Source of the DNA: Vulcanimicrobiota bacterium
GTDB lineage: Bacteria > Vulcanimicrobiota > Vulcanimicrobiia > Vulcanimicrobiales > Vulcanimicrobiaceae
Length of the DNA: 64,000 nucleotides
Direction of reading: 5' to 3'
Assembly: GCA_963795855.1 (NCBI GenBank)
Contig: CAWCIZ010000004.1
Coordinates: 96,001-160,000 of the forward strand
The notes beneath the pieces are model-generated. The model was not told the origin of the DNA. It made no database searches and was given only the letters and a program-made list of their open reading frames with translations. Shown here in pieces: positions 20,384 through 30,928 of the stretch. A program made the translations under genes and the position numbers. Numbering within the stretch: the first letter of the stretch is position 1; every line of letters starts with the position of its first letter.

Positions 20384-21349
20384 CTAAATATGATCCAGCG
20401 CCCATATGCCGTCGGCGGCGGTGCCGTGCTGCACGCACTGGACGAAGCGCGCTCCGCCGCGTGTAAGCGGCGCGATCATCCAAATCGCTTCGCTTCGCCT
20501 GCGGACTGCACCGCGCGGCAGGGCCCCGCGCACGGGCGCCGGAGGCAGCCATCCCGCGATTCTGCGTAAATCGCCGGCCGCGGCGCGCAGCAGACCGGGC
20601 AGCAGCTCGCGCGCGTGCTCGTCTCGCGCGGCCGCTTCGTCGACGACATAAGAGTCCTGCAACGGCTTACGCCTGCCGATGAGGTACGCCGCGATCGAAT
20701 TGCCGCGCCGCACCGCAAGATCCACCGGCTGACCCTGCGCCTGCGCGGCGAGATGCGTCATATGCGTGCGGATCCAATTCCACACGGCAGGCGTTCGCAC
20801 GAGGGCGCACCGGCGCTGCGACTCCATGGCATCGAAGCAGGCGCGAACGCGCGGCCAATCGCGTTCACCGATAGGCTGCGCGTCGATGCGCGACGCAGGA
20901 AGCGAGTCGGCGCGGAACGAGATCGTTCGCGACGGTAACTCGATGAAACCGATCTCTTTATAGAATTGCGGGTGGATGTCGGAGAATAAGAACGCAAAAT
21001 CGACCTTTGACGCGCGCGCATCGTCGAGCGCCATCGCGAGCATCGAACTCGCAAAGCCGCGGCCGCGGCGGTGCTCCGGAGTAAAGACGGCCCCGATGCC
21101 CATCGCGCGAAGGTGCTCGTTACCGGTTCGGGCCTCACGTTCGTATCGTTTGAAGCTCGCGAGAATCTCGCCGCCGTCCCACAAGCCGACCGTGCGATAC
21201 GATTTGCGCCCGTAGGTCGTGCCCGCGATAGCCGTCGTTTGCTCGCGGTACACGTTCAGCGGGCGGCCTCGGCCCCACAACGGTTCCGTAAGCGGCAAAA
21301 TCTGTTCGGCATACCGTTCGGGCGGAATATCTTGCAGATGCAGGCTCAT
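20384..21349 (-). CDS. GNAT-family acetyltransferase (long, Eis-like)
   Basis: GIGAVFTPEHRRGRGFAS, LFSDI..FYKEIGF. Confidence 0.85.
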   Translation of the reverse strand: MSLHLQDIPPERYAEQILPLTEPLWGRGRPLNVYREQTTAIAGTTYGRKSYRTVGLWDGGEILASFKRYEREARTGNEHLRAMGIGAVFTPEHRRGRGFASSMLAMALDDARASKVDFAFLFSDIHPQFYKEIGFIELPSRTISFRADSLPASRIDAQPIGERDWPRVRACFDAMESQRRCALVRTPAVWNWIRTHMTHLAAQAQGQPVDLAVRRGNSIAAYLIGRRKPLQDSYVVDEAAARDEHARELLPGLLRAAAGDLRRIAGWLPPAPVRGALPRGAVRRRSEAIWMIAPLTRGGARFVQCVQHGTAADGIWALDHI

Positions 21350-23520
21350 CCGCCGAAGACGGCGCGCGATGGTCGCCAGCGATCGGAAACGTCGACCGTT
21401 CCCGCCAGGCGCGCGGCTTGAAGTTCGGCGAGAAATTCCGGCGCGGTGACGCCTCGCGTCGCGCGCTCGCTGGCGGTCACGAGCGCGCTCTTTCTCGCGC
21501 GGCGCAGCGCGTACACGAATGCGCGGCGCTCTTCGCGGTTATACGCTTCCCGCGCCTTCGTGCGGAACATGTAGTACGTGAACTTCGCCGTGCGCGCCGC
21601 TCGGGCGTCGCCGACGTTTTCTTTCGCAATCATGCCCAAACTGGGACTGTAAAGAAACGCGTCCGGCGCGTACCAACGCGGGAAGGAACCGGCGCGCGCT
21701 CGCGGGATCACGACGTGATCGAATTCGCGTCCGCGCGCCGCGTCGATGCTGAGCATGCGCACCGAACCGGGACGCTCGTTCGTTTCCCGCGCTTCGAAGT
21801 CGCTCTCCATTCGGGCTTCGACGTGATCGAGAAATTCGGCAAGCGACGCCGACGGATGTGTGTCGACGAACCGCGTAATTCGTTCGTGCAGCCGCGCAAG
21901 CGTTTGCTGCTGGTATACGGCGCGCGCTGTTTCGGGCGTCCCCGCGATAGCCAGGCCTTCGCTCCAGACCAGCCGCGCGAGATCCGGCAAATCCATCCTG
22001 GCGAGCGCGCTGCGCCAGCGCTGAAGCCCCGCTCGCAAACGCCGTACGCGTTCGCGCGCGAGAGGCGAGAGTTGGTCGTCGCGCTCGCCGCGCAGAAAGT
22101 TCCAAGCCAAACGCAAATCCCGCTTTGCGTCCCACCGGCCCGATCTGGCTGCCTCATCGTCCGGCAGCTCCTCGAAGAGCATCGTCTGCGCATCGGGGGG
22201 CTCGCTGCACAACGCGTAGACGCTTGCGTCCGACAAAGCAACTGCCGGTCCGAAGAGGACGCGAAGCAGATACTCGTGACGGAACGGATCGTGCACGAGC
22301 CAGAGCAGCGCGAGCGCGTCGAGAGTCTCCGGTTCGCTGAAGACGTTCAGATCGCCGGCGACTTGCACGCGGACGTTTCGGTCGAGCAGAGCGTCACGAT
22401 ACGGCCGCACGTCGCGCACGGAGCGAAAAATCAGTGCAATCTCATCGTGCGGCACGCCCGCGGTCAGCAAATCGACCACGTGCTCCGCAATGTACTGCGC
22501 TTCTGCGCGCCGCGTGCTCGCGCGAAAGAGCGTAAGGCCGATTTGCGGATCGGTGCTGACCGGCGATGCGCCCGGCGTTCCCAGAAGGTGACGGCAAGCT
22601 ACGTCCACGGCGAAGGGACTGCGGTACTGTTCCTCCATGACGACGCGTTCGCCGGCAAGCGCGAACACGCGATCCGGGCGCGCGCCGCGGAATGTGGAGG
22701 CGGCGGACTCGGGATCGCCCGCAAGCGTCGCGCCGTCGAGATCTTTTCCGTACACCGCCTGCAGCAGCTGCAATTCTCCAAGCGTGAGTTCTTGGGCATC
22801 GTCGACGAATACCGCCGGAAACCGGTCCCGAATCGACCGCGCGATTTCGGGCGTATTCTCCAGAAGTTCCGCGGCCTGCGCGATGACGTCGCGCGGCGTG
22901 AGGCAGCCGTGGCGGACCGGATGTTCCAAATACGAGCGGTAGACTTTCTCCAGGATCTTCGCCAAGTCGATTTCGCGCCGGTACTGACGCTGCAGTTCCG
23001 GGCCGTCGACATGGAGCGAATCGCGGTGGTTCTCCTTGGTGTAATACAGGAGATCGGGATGTGCGAAGTTCGGCGGCTTGGCGTAGAATTGCGTCGCGCC
23101 GCGAAGCGCGCTTTCGAGAAACTGTTCCGGCGAGATGCGCGCGTCGCGCAACTTGCAAAACAGGCGGAACGCCGCGTCCAAAAACCGCTCCGGAGCGCGC
23201 AATCCGGGAATCTCCGGGTCCACTTCGGCTTGGATGATTTCCCGCCACTCGAGCGTGAGCAGCGGCTGCGCGGCTTCGGCGAAGAGTTTTGCGGCGCGCA
23301 CGTCGTCGATCTGCTCGGCGGCGGGCAGACATTCGAGCGCCAGCGCGTGCAGCTCACCCACGCGCGCATTCGGATGACGCACGTGCGCGCGAAGCACGTT
23401 CAAACCAGCTTCGGACACCGACGTTACGAGCACGGCGCCGTGCCGAGCGGCTTGGAGCGCCCGGCGCACCAATTCCGCCGTTTTTCCCGTTCCGGCCGCG
23501 CCGACGACGAACGTGCTCAC
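21346..23520 (-). CDS. UvrD/AdnA-like SF1 helicase-fold protein with degenerate motifs
   Basis: GAAGTGKT, VFVDDAQE, GDPES..FRGA, QYRS, IALIFR, SIDAARGREFD, EERRAFVYALRRAR; GTG start overlaps the upstream stop. Confidence 0.85.
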   Translation of the reverse strand: MSTFVVGAAGTGKTAELVRRALQAARHGAVLVTSVSEAGLNVLRAHVRHPNARVGELHALALECLPAAEQIDDVRAAKLFAEAAQPLLTLEWREIIQAEVDPEIPGLRAPERFLDAAFRLFCKLRDARISPEQFLESALRGATQFYAKPPNFAHPDLLYYTKENHRDSLHVDGPELQRQYRREIDLAKILEKVYRSYLEHPVRHGCLTPRDVIAQAAELLENTPEIARSIRDRFPAVFVDDAQELTLGELQLLQAVYGKDLDGATLAGDPESAASTFRGARPDRVFALAGERVVMEEQYRSPFAVDVACRHLLGTPGASPVSTDPQIGLTLFRASTRRAEAQYIAEHVVDLLTAGVPHDEIALIFRSVRDVRPYRDALLDRNVRVQVAGDLNVFSEPETLDALALLWLVHDPFRHEYLLRVLFGPAVALSDASVYALCSEPPDAQTMLFEELPDDEAARSGRWDAKRDLRLAWNFLRGERDDQLSPLARERVRRLRAGLQRWRSALARMDLPDLARLVWSEGLAIAGTPETARAVYQQQTLARLHERITRFVDTHPSASLAEFLDHVEARMESDFEARETNERPGSVRMLSIDAARGREFDHVVIPRARAGSFPRWYAPDAFLYSPSLGMIAKENVGDARAARTAKFTYYMFRTKAREAYNREERRAFVYALRRARKSALVTASERATRGVTAPEFLAELQAARLAGTVDVSDRWRPSRAVFGG

Positions 23521-24749
23521 CGGCCGAAGCGTTCCTCTTCCGGATAGGGGCGCGCAGCGCACGCGGTTTTGTACGCGCAGTAGCCGCACGCCGCCGGGTC
23601 GTCGGTCACGGGAAACGACGAAGTGCTTCCGGACGTGAGCTCGGCGCAAATTTCCAGCATGCGTTGCCGCGCGCGTTCGAGTTCGCCAATGGGAATGACT
23701 CCCGTCGGGCTTTGCGAGCGAGCGACCTCCGCGGCGACCGGAACGACTTCGAGCGCGACAGGGCGCACGTCGAGCAGCGCGTCTTTTAGAGGCACGAGCG
23801 CGAGCCGGGAAACGCGATCGCCCGCTTCGGTTCGCGCCCAGTAATAAAACGGCAGTTGAAAGTCCTTGAATTGCCGGACTTTCTCGCGATACTGCGCGGC
23901 CGTCGTAGCAATCGACCCAGTCTTGTAGTCGATCACGCTGACCGCTCCCGTGCGATCGTCGCGATCGAGCCGGTCGATGTAACCGATGAAGTCGTAGCCC
24001 TCCATCTGGAGCGCGGCGCTCATTTCGCAGCCGATGACCGTGAACGGCGCACGCTTCGCTTCGGCGACAAGCCACTGAACGTATTTGCGCGCCGTGCGTG
24101 TAGCGCGGCGACGCTGCAGCTCGTATTCGACCGGCGTTTCGAATGAATTGCGATGACGATCGAACGCGTTGTTGACGTATCCCTCCAGTTTGCGCGCGAG
24201 TTCGCGCGGATCCGCATTGGCAGGCTGGGGAAACTCGGCGTGCAGGGCTTCGAGCGCCGCATGGAACGCAGTTCCGTAGAAGGACGCGGACGAGCCGCGG
24301 TCTTCGATCGCGGCACACATATACCGGTAATACCATTTGCGCGGACACTCGACGTACGTGTTCAATTGCGACGCGCTGAAACGCGGGTTATTCGTTCGAA
24401 CGCCGGCGGCCGCTTCCGGCAGCACCGGCTCGACCAGCGCAAAATCACCGCTTTGCGGCGATCCTTCTTCGATTGCGGGAGCGTATTCGAAGGTGAAGTT
24501 CTTTTCGCGCAGCCGCCGCACGAATCCGAGCAGCGCTTCGCGCGCCTCCATGCCGCTCGAAATACGCTCCGCCGCGATGAGATCGAGTAAAGAACGCCGG
24601 CGAGCGGCGAGCGCGGCATATGCGCCGCCGGTCTCTTGCGGCACCCCCGAAAGCGGCGAGCGAAGCATCCGGGCGGCGTAGGCGTCGTCCTGCGAACGGC
24701 TCCACGCCGCCGCGGCCGCGAGAAAAGCGCGATGCTCCGCAGACTGCAC
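23517..24749 (-). CDS. PD-(D/E)XK (RecB/AddB/Cas4-like) nuclease with 4-Cys Fe-S staple
   Basis: FSASQLNTYVECPRKWYY, GTAFH.ALE, GYIDRLD, IDYKTG, QL..Y, CGYCAYKTAC. Confidence 0.9.
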   Translation of the reverse strand: MQSAEHRAFLAAAAAWSRSQDDAYAARMLRSPLSGVPQETGGAYAALAARRRSLLDLIAAERISSGMEAREALLGFVRRLREKNFTFEYAPAIEEGSPQSGDFALVEPVLPEAAAGVRTNNPRFSASQLNTYVECPRKWYYRYMCAAIEDRGSSASFYGTAFHAALEALHAEFPQPANADPRELARKLEGYVNNAFDRHRNSFETPVEYELQRRRATRTARKYVQWLVAEAKRAPFTVIGCEMSAALQMEGYDFIGYIDRLDRDDRTGAVSVIDYKTGSIATTAAQYREKVRQFKDFQLPFYYWARTEAGDRVSRLALVPLKDALLDVRPVALEVVPVAAEVARSQSPTGVIPIGELERARQRMLEICAELTSGSTSSFPVTDDPAACGYCAYKTACAARPYPEEERFGR

Positions 24750-24808
24750 GAGAGAAGGTTGGGAAATCGATGGAGGCGACCCTGCCTTTTGCGTGTAAGG
24801 CCGCGGCT

Positions 24809-25363
24809 ATGCGACGGATCGTCATCGGTGTAAGTGGGGCGAGCGGCAGCATCTACGGCTACCGCGCGCTGGAAGCACTGCGCGAGAGCGGCTTGGAGAC
24901 GCACCTCGTCCTGAGCGAACAGGCATGCCGGACGATCGAACTGGAGACCAACAAGAGCGTTCGCGACTTCGAAGCGCTCGCGGACTACGTCCATCACGAC
25001 CGCGACTTGGCGGCGTCGGTTTCCAGCGGTTCGTTCATCACGGAAGGCATGCTGGTCATTCCGTGTTCGATCAAGAGCGCGTCCGCGATCGCGCACTCGA
25101 TGAATTCAAATCTGCTGGTGCGGGCGGCGGACGTCTGTTTGAAGGAGAGACGAAAACTCGTTCTGGTCGTCCGCGAAACACCGCTTCACGCGGGGCATTT
25201 GCGCATGCTCACGCAACTCGCGGAGATCGGCGCCGTTATCTTACCGCCGATGCCCGCGATGTACGCAAAACCGCGGAGCGTCGACGACATCGTGAATCAC
25301 ACGGTCGGCAAAGCGCTCGACCAGTTTGGAATCGAGCACAGCCTCTTCGCGCGCTGGGCCTAA
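24809..25363 (+). CDS. ubiX: Flavin prenyltransferase
   Basis: IGVSGASG, SSGSF, PCSIKS, RAADVCLKERRKLVLVVRETP, PPMPAMY.KP. Confidence 0.95.
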   Translation: MRRIVIGVSGASGSIYGYRALEALRESGLETHLVLSEQACRTIELETNKSVRDFEALADYVHHDRDLAASVSSGSFITEGMLVIPCSIKSASAIAHSMNSNLLVRAADVCLKERRKLVLVVRETPLHAGHLRMLTQLAEIGAVILPPMPAMYAKPRSVDDIVNHTVGKALDQFGIEHSLFARWA

Positions 25364-25367
25364 GCCG

Positions 25368-26135
25368 TCACGCGTTTCGTTCTGAAAGAAGTGCCTCGGC
25401 GAGCCCGATGTCGCTAACGCGATCGACGTTGACGCCGATCTCCGCGAACGGCGAGATCACGGCGCGAACCGGCGCGCGGATCGCACGCGACGCGCGCTCT
25501 TCCGCCTGTTCGATCGAGAGGCGGCGCAGCGCAAAGCGCAGCAGCACGCCCGCGCCGAACAGGCGCGCCAGTTGCAGCGGATTCTTGCGCGCCCGACCCA
25601 GTTCTTCGATGAAGCGCTCGAGCGATGGAAACACGCGTGGACGGATCGTGACGAAGCCGGTACCGCAATACGTTCCGCCGCGAAGCGGCGCCCACGTGTG
25701 CGGAACTTGGGGGTATTTTGCCTCGTGAACGCGCTTTTCCAGGCACCCGTACGTGAGATCGGCGTCGGCATGAAAGGCGCGCGAAATGAAGTCCTCGACC
25801 GATTCTACGGTCAGCACCGGCAGATCCGACGTGCTGACGAGAACGTCTTCGTCCGGCGGTAAACCCGTCAGCCCGCTGCGCAGACTGTCGCGAATGCGCA
25901 CGCCGTCTGCGCGGCACTCATCTGCGGCGGCAAGCGCGGAAGAGCCGTGCATCTGCGGCGGCGCAACGGCGATGATGCGTCCGACTGAAGGCGATGCGCG
26001 CAGCGCGCGGAGGGTTCGTTCCACAAGCGTGACGCCGGCAATTTCGACGAACGCCTTGTTCGGAGCGCCGGGCGTGCGCGCCGCGAGCGCGTCGTGCGGA
26101 CCTCCGGCGAGCACCACCGCGCAAATGCGTTTCAT
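25368..26135 (-). CDS. MobA-like NTP transferase domain protein
   Basis: AVVLAGG..NKAFVEIAG, STSDLP, EIGVNVDR..D. Confidence 0.8.
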   Translation of the reverse strand: MKRICAVVLAGGPHDALAARTPGAPNKAFVEIAGVTLVERTLRALRASPSVGRIIAVAPPQMHGSSALAAADECRADGVRIRDSLRSGLTGLPPDEDVLVSTSDLPVLTVESVEDFISRAFHADADLTYGCLEKRVHEAKYPQVPHTWAPLRGGTYCGTGFVTIRPRVFPSLERFIEELGRARKNPLQLARLFGAGVLLRFALRRLSIEQAEERASRAIRAPVRAVISPFAEIGVNVDRVSDIGLAEALLSERNA

Positions 26136-27004
26136 GCCGCGCTTCGCCAGGACGCGCCGTTCCAAAACGCGCAGCGGTACACGTCGTGCCCGTCCGGTAC
26201 ACGCAGCGCATCCGCGATCTCGCGCGCTTCTTCGCCGGTTTGCGCGAGAGCAAAGACGCAGGAACCCGAGCCGGTCAATTGCGGCCTCCGCGCGCCGGCG
26301 TCGCGGAGCGCGTCGAGCGCCGCGGCGATCTGCGGCGTAGCGTGCGCGAGCACGTCTTGAAAATCGTTTTGCAGCAGCGCAAGGACGCGCTCGAAATCCG
26401 CGCGCTGCAGCGCTTCCGCCGCCTGCAGGCTGACCGATTGGTTACGCGGTCGCGACGGCTTCGCAGCGGCGTCGATTTGCGAATATGCCCAAGCGGTGGA
26501 GACGCAAGCCTGCGGCTTGACCACGACCGCGTGCCATGGCGGGACCGGCCCGAGCGCGGTCACGCGTTCGCCGGTTCCCTCCACCAGTGCGGCGGTTTCC
26601 ACCAAGAAAAACGGTACGTCCGAGCCAAGCGAGCGCGCGACCTCGATATAATCGACGCACGAAACCGGTCCGAACGCACCGCGCTGCGCCGCGAGCAGGA
26701 CGGCAGCCGCATCGCTCGAGCCGCCGCCCATACCGGCGCCCATCGGAATCGCTTTACGCAGCGTTATCCGAAACCCGTGGATTTGCAGCGCTCGCATCGC
26801 GCGCTCGACGAGGTTGTTCTCTTGCAGCGAAGGCACGTCGCACTGGAAGGCGTCGGTATCCGATCGGTCGACGCGCAGTTCGTCGCAGAGATCGACCGGC
26901 ACCATGACGCTCCGCAGCGCGTGCAACCCGTCCGCACGCCGCTGCAGCACTTCGAGCGTGAGATTCAATTTGGCGCGGGCACGCAGCGTCTCGCCTGCTT
27001 TCAC
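26132..27004 (-). CDS. ispE: 4-diphosphocytidyl-2-C-methyl-D-erythritol kinase
   Basis: AKLNLTLEV, K.IPMGAGMGGGSSDAAA, LGSDVPFF, TGSGSCVF. Confidence 0.95.
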   Translation of the reverse strand: MKAGETLRARAKLNLTLEVLQRRADGLHALRSVMVPVDLCDELRVDRSDTDAFQCDVPSLQENNLVERAMRALQIHGFRITLRKAIPMGAGMGGGSSDAAAVLLAAQRGAFGPVSCVDYIEVARSLGSDVPFFLVETAALVEGTGERVTALGPVPPWHAVVVKPQACVSTAWAYSQIDAAAKPSRPRNQSVSLQAAEALQRADFERVLALLQNDFQDVLAHATPQIAAALDALRDAGARRPQLTGSGSCVFALAQTGEEAREIADALRVPDGHDVYRCAFWNGASWRSAA

Positions 27005-27062
27005 GCGCCTGCGGTTGCTTGCGCGGGCGGGACATCCCTGCGCGGGGTCGTAGTGGAGGCGC

Positions 27063-29506
27063 ATGCGACCCAGTTACGACGCACAGCATAACGAGTATTG
27101 CGCGTACGTCTTACCGGAGGCGCAAACGCCCTACGGTCTGCTCCTCGGCAATTTCAAATCCTTCGCGCAGTCGACCGCAAAAGGCGGAATTCGCGGCCTG
27201 TGGGACGCGGACACCGACCAGATCATTTTCGGCACGCACCAAATCGCGTACCGGCTGCGCGCTCTCAAGCAGACGGTGTTTCCGCATCAGATCACGCGCG
27301 AGTTCACGTTTCTGCCCTACGCGCAGATCTCGGAATTCACGCTGGCCGATCGACTGCACGTGACCGAGGCATTTTACGTGCCGCATGGACCTCGGCACGA
27401 ACGTGTCGTCAGCTTTGTCGTCGACGTGACGCTCTACAATCCGGGCGGCGAACCGGCCAACGTCGCGGTGTTTCCATGGGCTCTTCTCGTCGGACAGCGG
27501 TTTTACGGCGAGCCGGAACACGAAGTGCGCGCGCTCGTGCAAGGCGATTACATCTGCTCGAAAAACCAGCAGACCGGCGCGCAGCGCTGGTGGGGCGGCT
27601 CGCGGCAGCCGCACGCGGCGATCGTCGGCTTGCGCGAACAGGTCATGCTTCACCACATGAGCGCAGGCTCGCTGCGTCCCGAGGAGCATCTGGACGAAGT
27701 GACCCCGCAACTCGCGGAGTGTGTGAGCCGCCGGATTTTCGGAGCGCTCGAGTACCGCATCAACGTCGCTGCCGGCGCACGCGAATCGCTGCGGCTGGCG
27801 GTTGTGTTTCACAAAGACGGCGAAGAAAAGTCGCGGCCGGTGCTCGAGCAGCTGCTGGGCGATCCGAAAGCGCTGCACGAAACGCAGCGCTACTTCGCCT
27901 GTAAACTCGCCGACGCCAGATTCATGGCGCCCTCTCCGGCGATCAGCCGCGGGGTAGTGTGGGCGAAAGCCAACATGCTGCGCATCGTCAAGGAGTATCC
28001 CAACGGCTGGGGTTCGACGAACTCTCCGCCGTCGGACATTCTCGTGTCGCGCGACACGTCGTGGTTCGTGCACGGGTTCGATTATTTTTTGCCGCAGTTC
28101 AGCCGCGACGCGATCGAGGTGTTCAACAAATTCACGGAAGAGACCGGCGAGATGATCGAGTACGTGCGCGGCGTCAGCGGCTTCAAGACCTCGTACGATT
28201 TGAACATCAACGACGATACGCCGCTCCATCTCATCGCGATGCTCCATCACTACAACGCGACGCTTGACGATCAGTGGGTCCGCGATCGCTTCCCGCTGAT
28301 TTGCAAAATCGCCGACTACATGCTCACGCAGCGCGACAAGAACGGCCTGCTGTTCTGCCGCGCGAACGGCGTGGACATGTTCGGCATCAGTTCGTGGCGC
28401 AACATCATTCCGTATTATACGCTGGACGGCGCGGTGACGGAAATCAATGCGGAAGGCGTTTTCGCGCTCGAGTCGGCGGCGATGCTCGCGGCCGTAGTCG
28501 GCGACAACGAGCGCTGGCACCGTTATTCCTCGGAGGCGCAGACGATGCGCCAAGCGATGATGCAGTATCTCTTCAACAGCGACACCGGCGCATTCGTGCT
28601 CAACTACGACCAGGAGCAGAACTACCAGGACAACTTTACCGCCGACGAAGTCTTTCCGGTGCTGTTCAACGTCGCCGACGCCGCCCAGCGGCGCAAAATT
28701 CTCGATCGTCTGTGCGAGACGGACTTTACGACGCCGGTGGGTTTGCGGACGATTTCAACGGCCGATTCGTGGTATTTTCCCTCGCACGGGTTCGGATTGC
28801 TCGGCGGCGTTTGGCCGGATTTGACGCTGTGGTTCGTGATGTGTCTCGCCCGCAACGGCAACACCGATGCGGCGGTGCACTGGTTGGAAGCAGTTTACGA
28901 CACGATGGAAGCGGGAGCCGTCCGAAACACCGTTCCCGGCGAGTTCGGCGAATGGTTCGACGGCGGATCGCTTACGAATCGCGGTATGTATCTCTCGCCC
29001 TGGACCGGCGCAAAGTATCTGTGGGCCGCGGCCGAAACCATCGGCGGACTCGACGGTTACCGCACGAGCGGACGACCGCATCTGGTGCCGCTCAAGCCGC
29101 ATGGCTGGAAATGGGTGGCAGCCGCGCGCGTGCACTGGGGCGGGAACTCTGCACGTACGTCATCGACTTCGAGCGGCATTCCATCTACGGGAACATGCGC
29201 GAACTCTCGGCGGAGGAGCCCTTCGTGTGCATGTACGCGGGACTCGACGTAAGCGACGAAGTGACGACCTCACCCGTCGAAGTTGCCGCCGTTGCCTTCG
29301 AGGACGAGGAGGGCGCGGTGCGCGTTTTCGTTTGCAACTTGAACGATCAGGCGCGAAACGTCTCCGTGGATTTTCGAGGCGTCACCAAACGCGTAGCGCT
29401 CGAGCCGGGAGAACTGCACGAACTCCATTTGGTCGGGAAGCCGGCGGAGCGGCAAGCGCGCGCCGCCGCGCGCGACGTCGCGCCACGCAGGCTCGAAACC
29501 GTGTAA
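27063..29506 (+). CDS. Six-hairpin glycoside hydrolase (amylo-alpha-1,6-glucosidase-like); frameshift near 29145
   Basis: SRDTSW, DDTPLH, TPVGLRTIS, GGVWP, GEFGEWFDG, SPWT; C-terminal part lies in the 28274..29506 frame. Confidence 0.7.
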
Positions 29507-29526
29507 CCCCTAACTCGTAGCATCCC

Positions 29527-29991
29527 GTGCTCGATTCATCCAAGCGGTTCATTACGATCATCCTTGCGCTCGGCATCCTCGTGCTCGTAGTGGGTATCGC
29601 TTTGGGCGAGCGGGCTGGCGATCGCGTTATCGGACAGGTCACGGAAAAGCGTCTGGAGAGCATTGCGCCCGTTACCGTCTCGGCGGCGCCTAAGAAGAAG
29701 AGCGCGGCCTCGTACGGGCCGGACTGGAAACGCACCGACGTGATGGCCGCGGCCTCGGATCCCGGATTCCCGGACCCGCGCGTGCCTCCGGCGGTGCTGC
29801 CGACGCCCACGCCGATTCCGAAATTCGCCATGCCCCCAACCCCCGAGCCGACCGCAACCCCTTCGCCGAATATGAACGTGCCGATTTGGCGCCGCGCCGC
29901 GCCCATGCCGACGCCGACACCGGTGGAGACCGGCTCTCCTGTCCCCGAGGGGAGCGCCTCGCCGACCCCTACGGCATCCCCATCCGATTGA
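29527..29991 (+). CDS. Hypothetical single-pass membrane protein with Pro/Thr-rich tail
   Basis: N-terminal hydrophobic helix; PTPTP repeats. Confidence 0.7.
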   Translation: MLDSSKRFITIILALGILVLVVGIALGERAGDRVIGQVTEKRLESIAPVTVSAAPKKKSAASYGPDWKRTDVMAAASDPGFPDPRVPPAVLPTPTPIPKFAMPPTPEPTATPSPNMNVPIWRRAAPMPTPTPVETGSPVPEGSASPTPTASPSD

Positions 29992-30016
29992 TCTCAATGT
30001 CTCCATTGGATATGGC

Positions 30017-30025
30017 TGATATGAT
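30017..30025 (+). promoter_or_regulatory. Extended -10 promoter, probably giving a leaderless pdxS mRNA
   Basis: TG-A-TATGAT ends 6 nt before the ATG at 30032; no Shine-Dalgarno. Confidence 0.5.
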
Positions 30026-30031
30026 GAGATC

Positions 30032-30928
30032 ATGACCGAGACAACCGGAACCGTTACCGTCAAGCGCGGGCTCGCGCAGATGCTCAAGGGCGGCGTCATC
30101 ATGGACGTCGTCACCCCCGAACAAGCCGCTATCGCGCAAGAAGCCGGCGCGGTCGCCGTCATGGCCCTCGAGCGCATTCCTGCGGACATCCGCGCCATGG
30201 GGGGCGTCGCGCGCATGAGCAATCTCGAGCTCGTACAGTCCATCATGGACGCCGTCACGATCCCGGTCATGGCCAAGGTTCGCATCGGCCATTTCGCGGA
30301 AGCGCAAGCGCTGCAGGCGCTCGGGGTCGATTTCATCGACGAGTCGGAAGTGCTTACGCCCGCAGACGACAAGTACCACGTCAACAAGCATCCGTACACG
30401 ACGCCGTTCGTTTGCGGTGCGCGAGATCTGGGTGAAGCCCTGCGCCGCATCGCCGAAGGCGCCGCGATGATCCGCAGTAAAGGCGAGGCCGGAAGCGGCA
30501 ACATCGTCGAGGCGGTGCGTCATATTCGCGCCATCAGCGACGCGATCAAAGAACTCTCCGTCGTACCGGAAGAAGAACTGGTTTCGCGCGCGCGAGATTT
30601 GGGCGCGCCGCTCGAACTGGTTCGAGAAGTCGCGAGCAACGGTAAGCTTCCGGTCGTGTTGTTCTGCGCAGGCGGCGTGTCGACGCCTGCAGACGCGGCG
30701 CTGATGATGCAACTCGGCGCCGAAGGCATTTTCGTCGGCAGCGGCATCTTCAAATCGAACAGTCCGAAAGCATTCGCCAAAGCGATCGTCGATGCGACCA
30801 CGCATTTCAGCGATCCGCAGGCGATAGTCGATGCGAGCAAATCGCTCGGCAAAGAATCGCAAGCGATGGAGGGCCTCGATCTGCGCAAACTGCCGGAATC
30901 GGAGATGCTCGCGCCTCGTGGCAACTGA
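30032..30928 (+). CDS. pdxS: PLP synthase lyase subunit
   Basis: [47 protein letters not shown]. Confidence 0.98.
   Translation: MTETTGTVTVKRGLAQMLKGGVIMDVVTPEQAAIAQEAGAVAVMALERIPADIRAMGGVARMSNLELVQSIMDAVTIPVMAKVRIGHFAEAQALQALGVDFIDESEVLTPADDKYHVNKHPYTTPFVCGARDLGEALRRIAEGAAMIRSKGEAGSGNIVEAVRHIRAISDAIKELSVVPEEELVSRARDLGAPLELVREVASNGKLPVVLFCAGGVSTPADAALMMQLGAEGIFVGSGIFKSNSPKAFAKAIVDATTHFSDPQAIVDASKSLGKESQAMEGLDLRKLPESEMLAPRGN

Noticed and set aside
21346..24348. 1000-aa ORF as listed in the ORF track
   Set aside because: The first ~276 codons are a shadow frame overlapping the nuclease gene; the likely start is GTG 23520
23517..24749. Cas4 of a CRISPR system
   Set aside because: No cas1, cas2 or array; context is a UvrD-like partner
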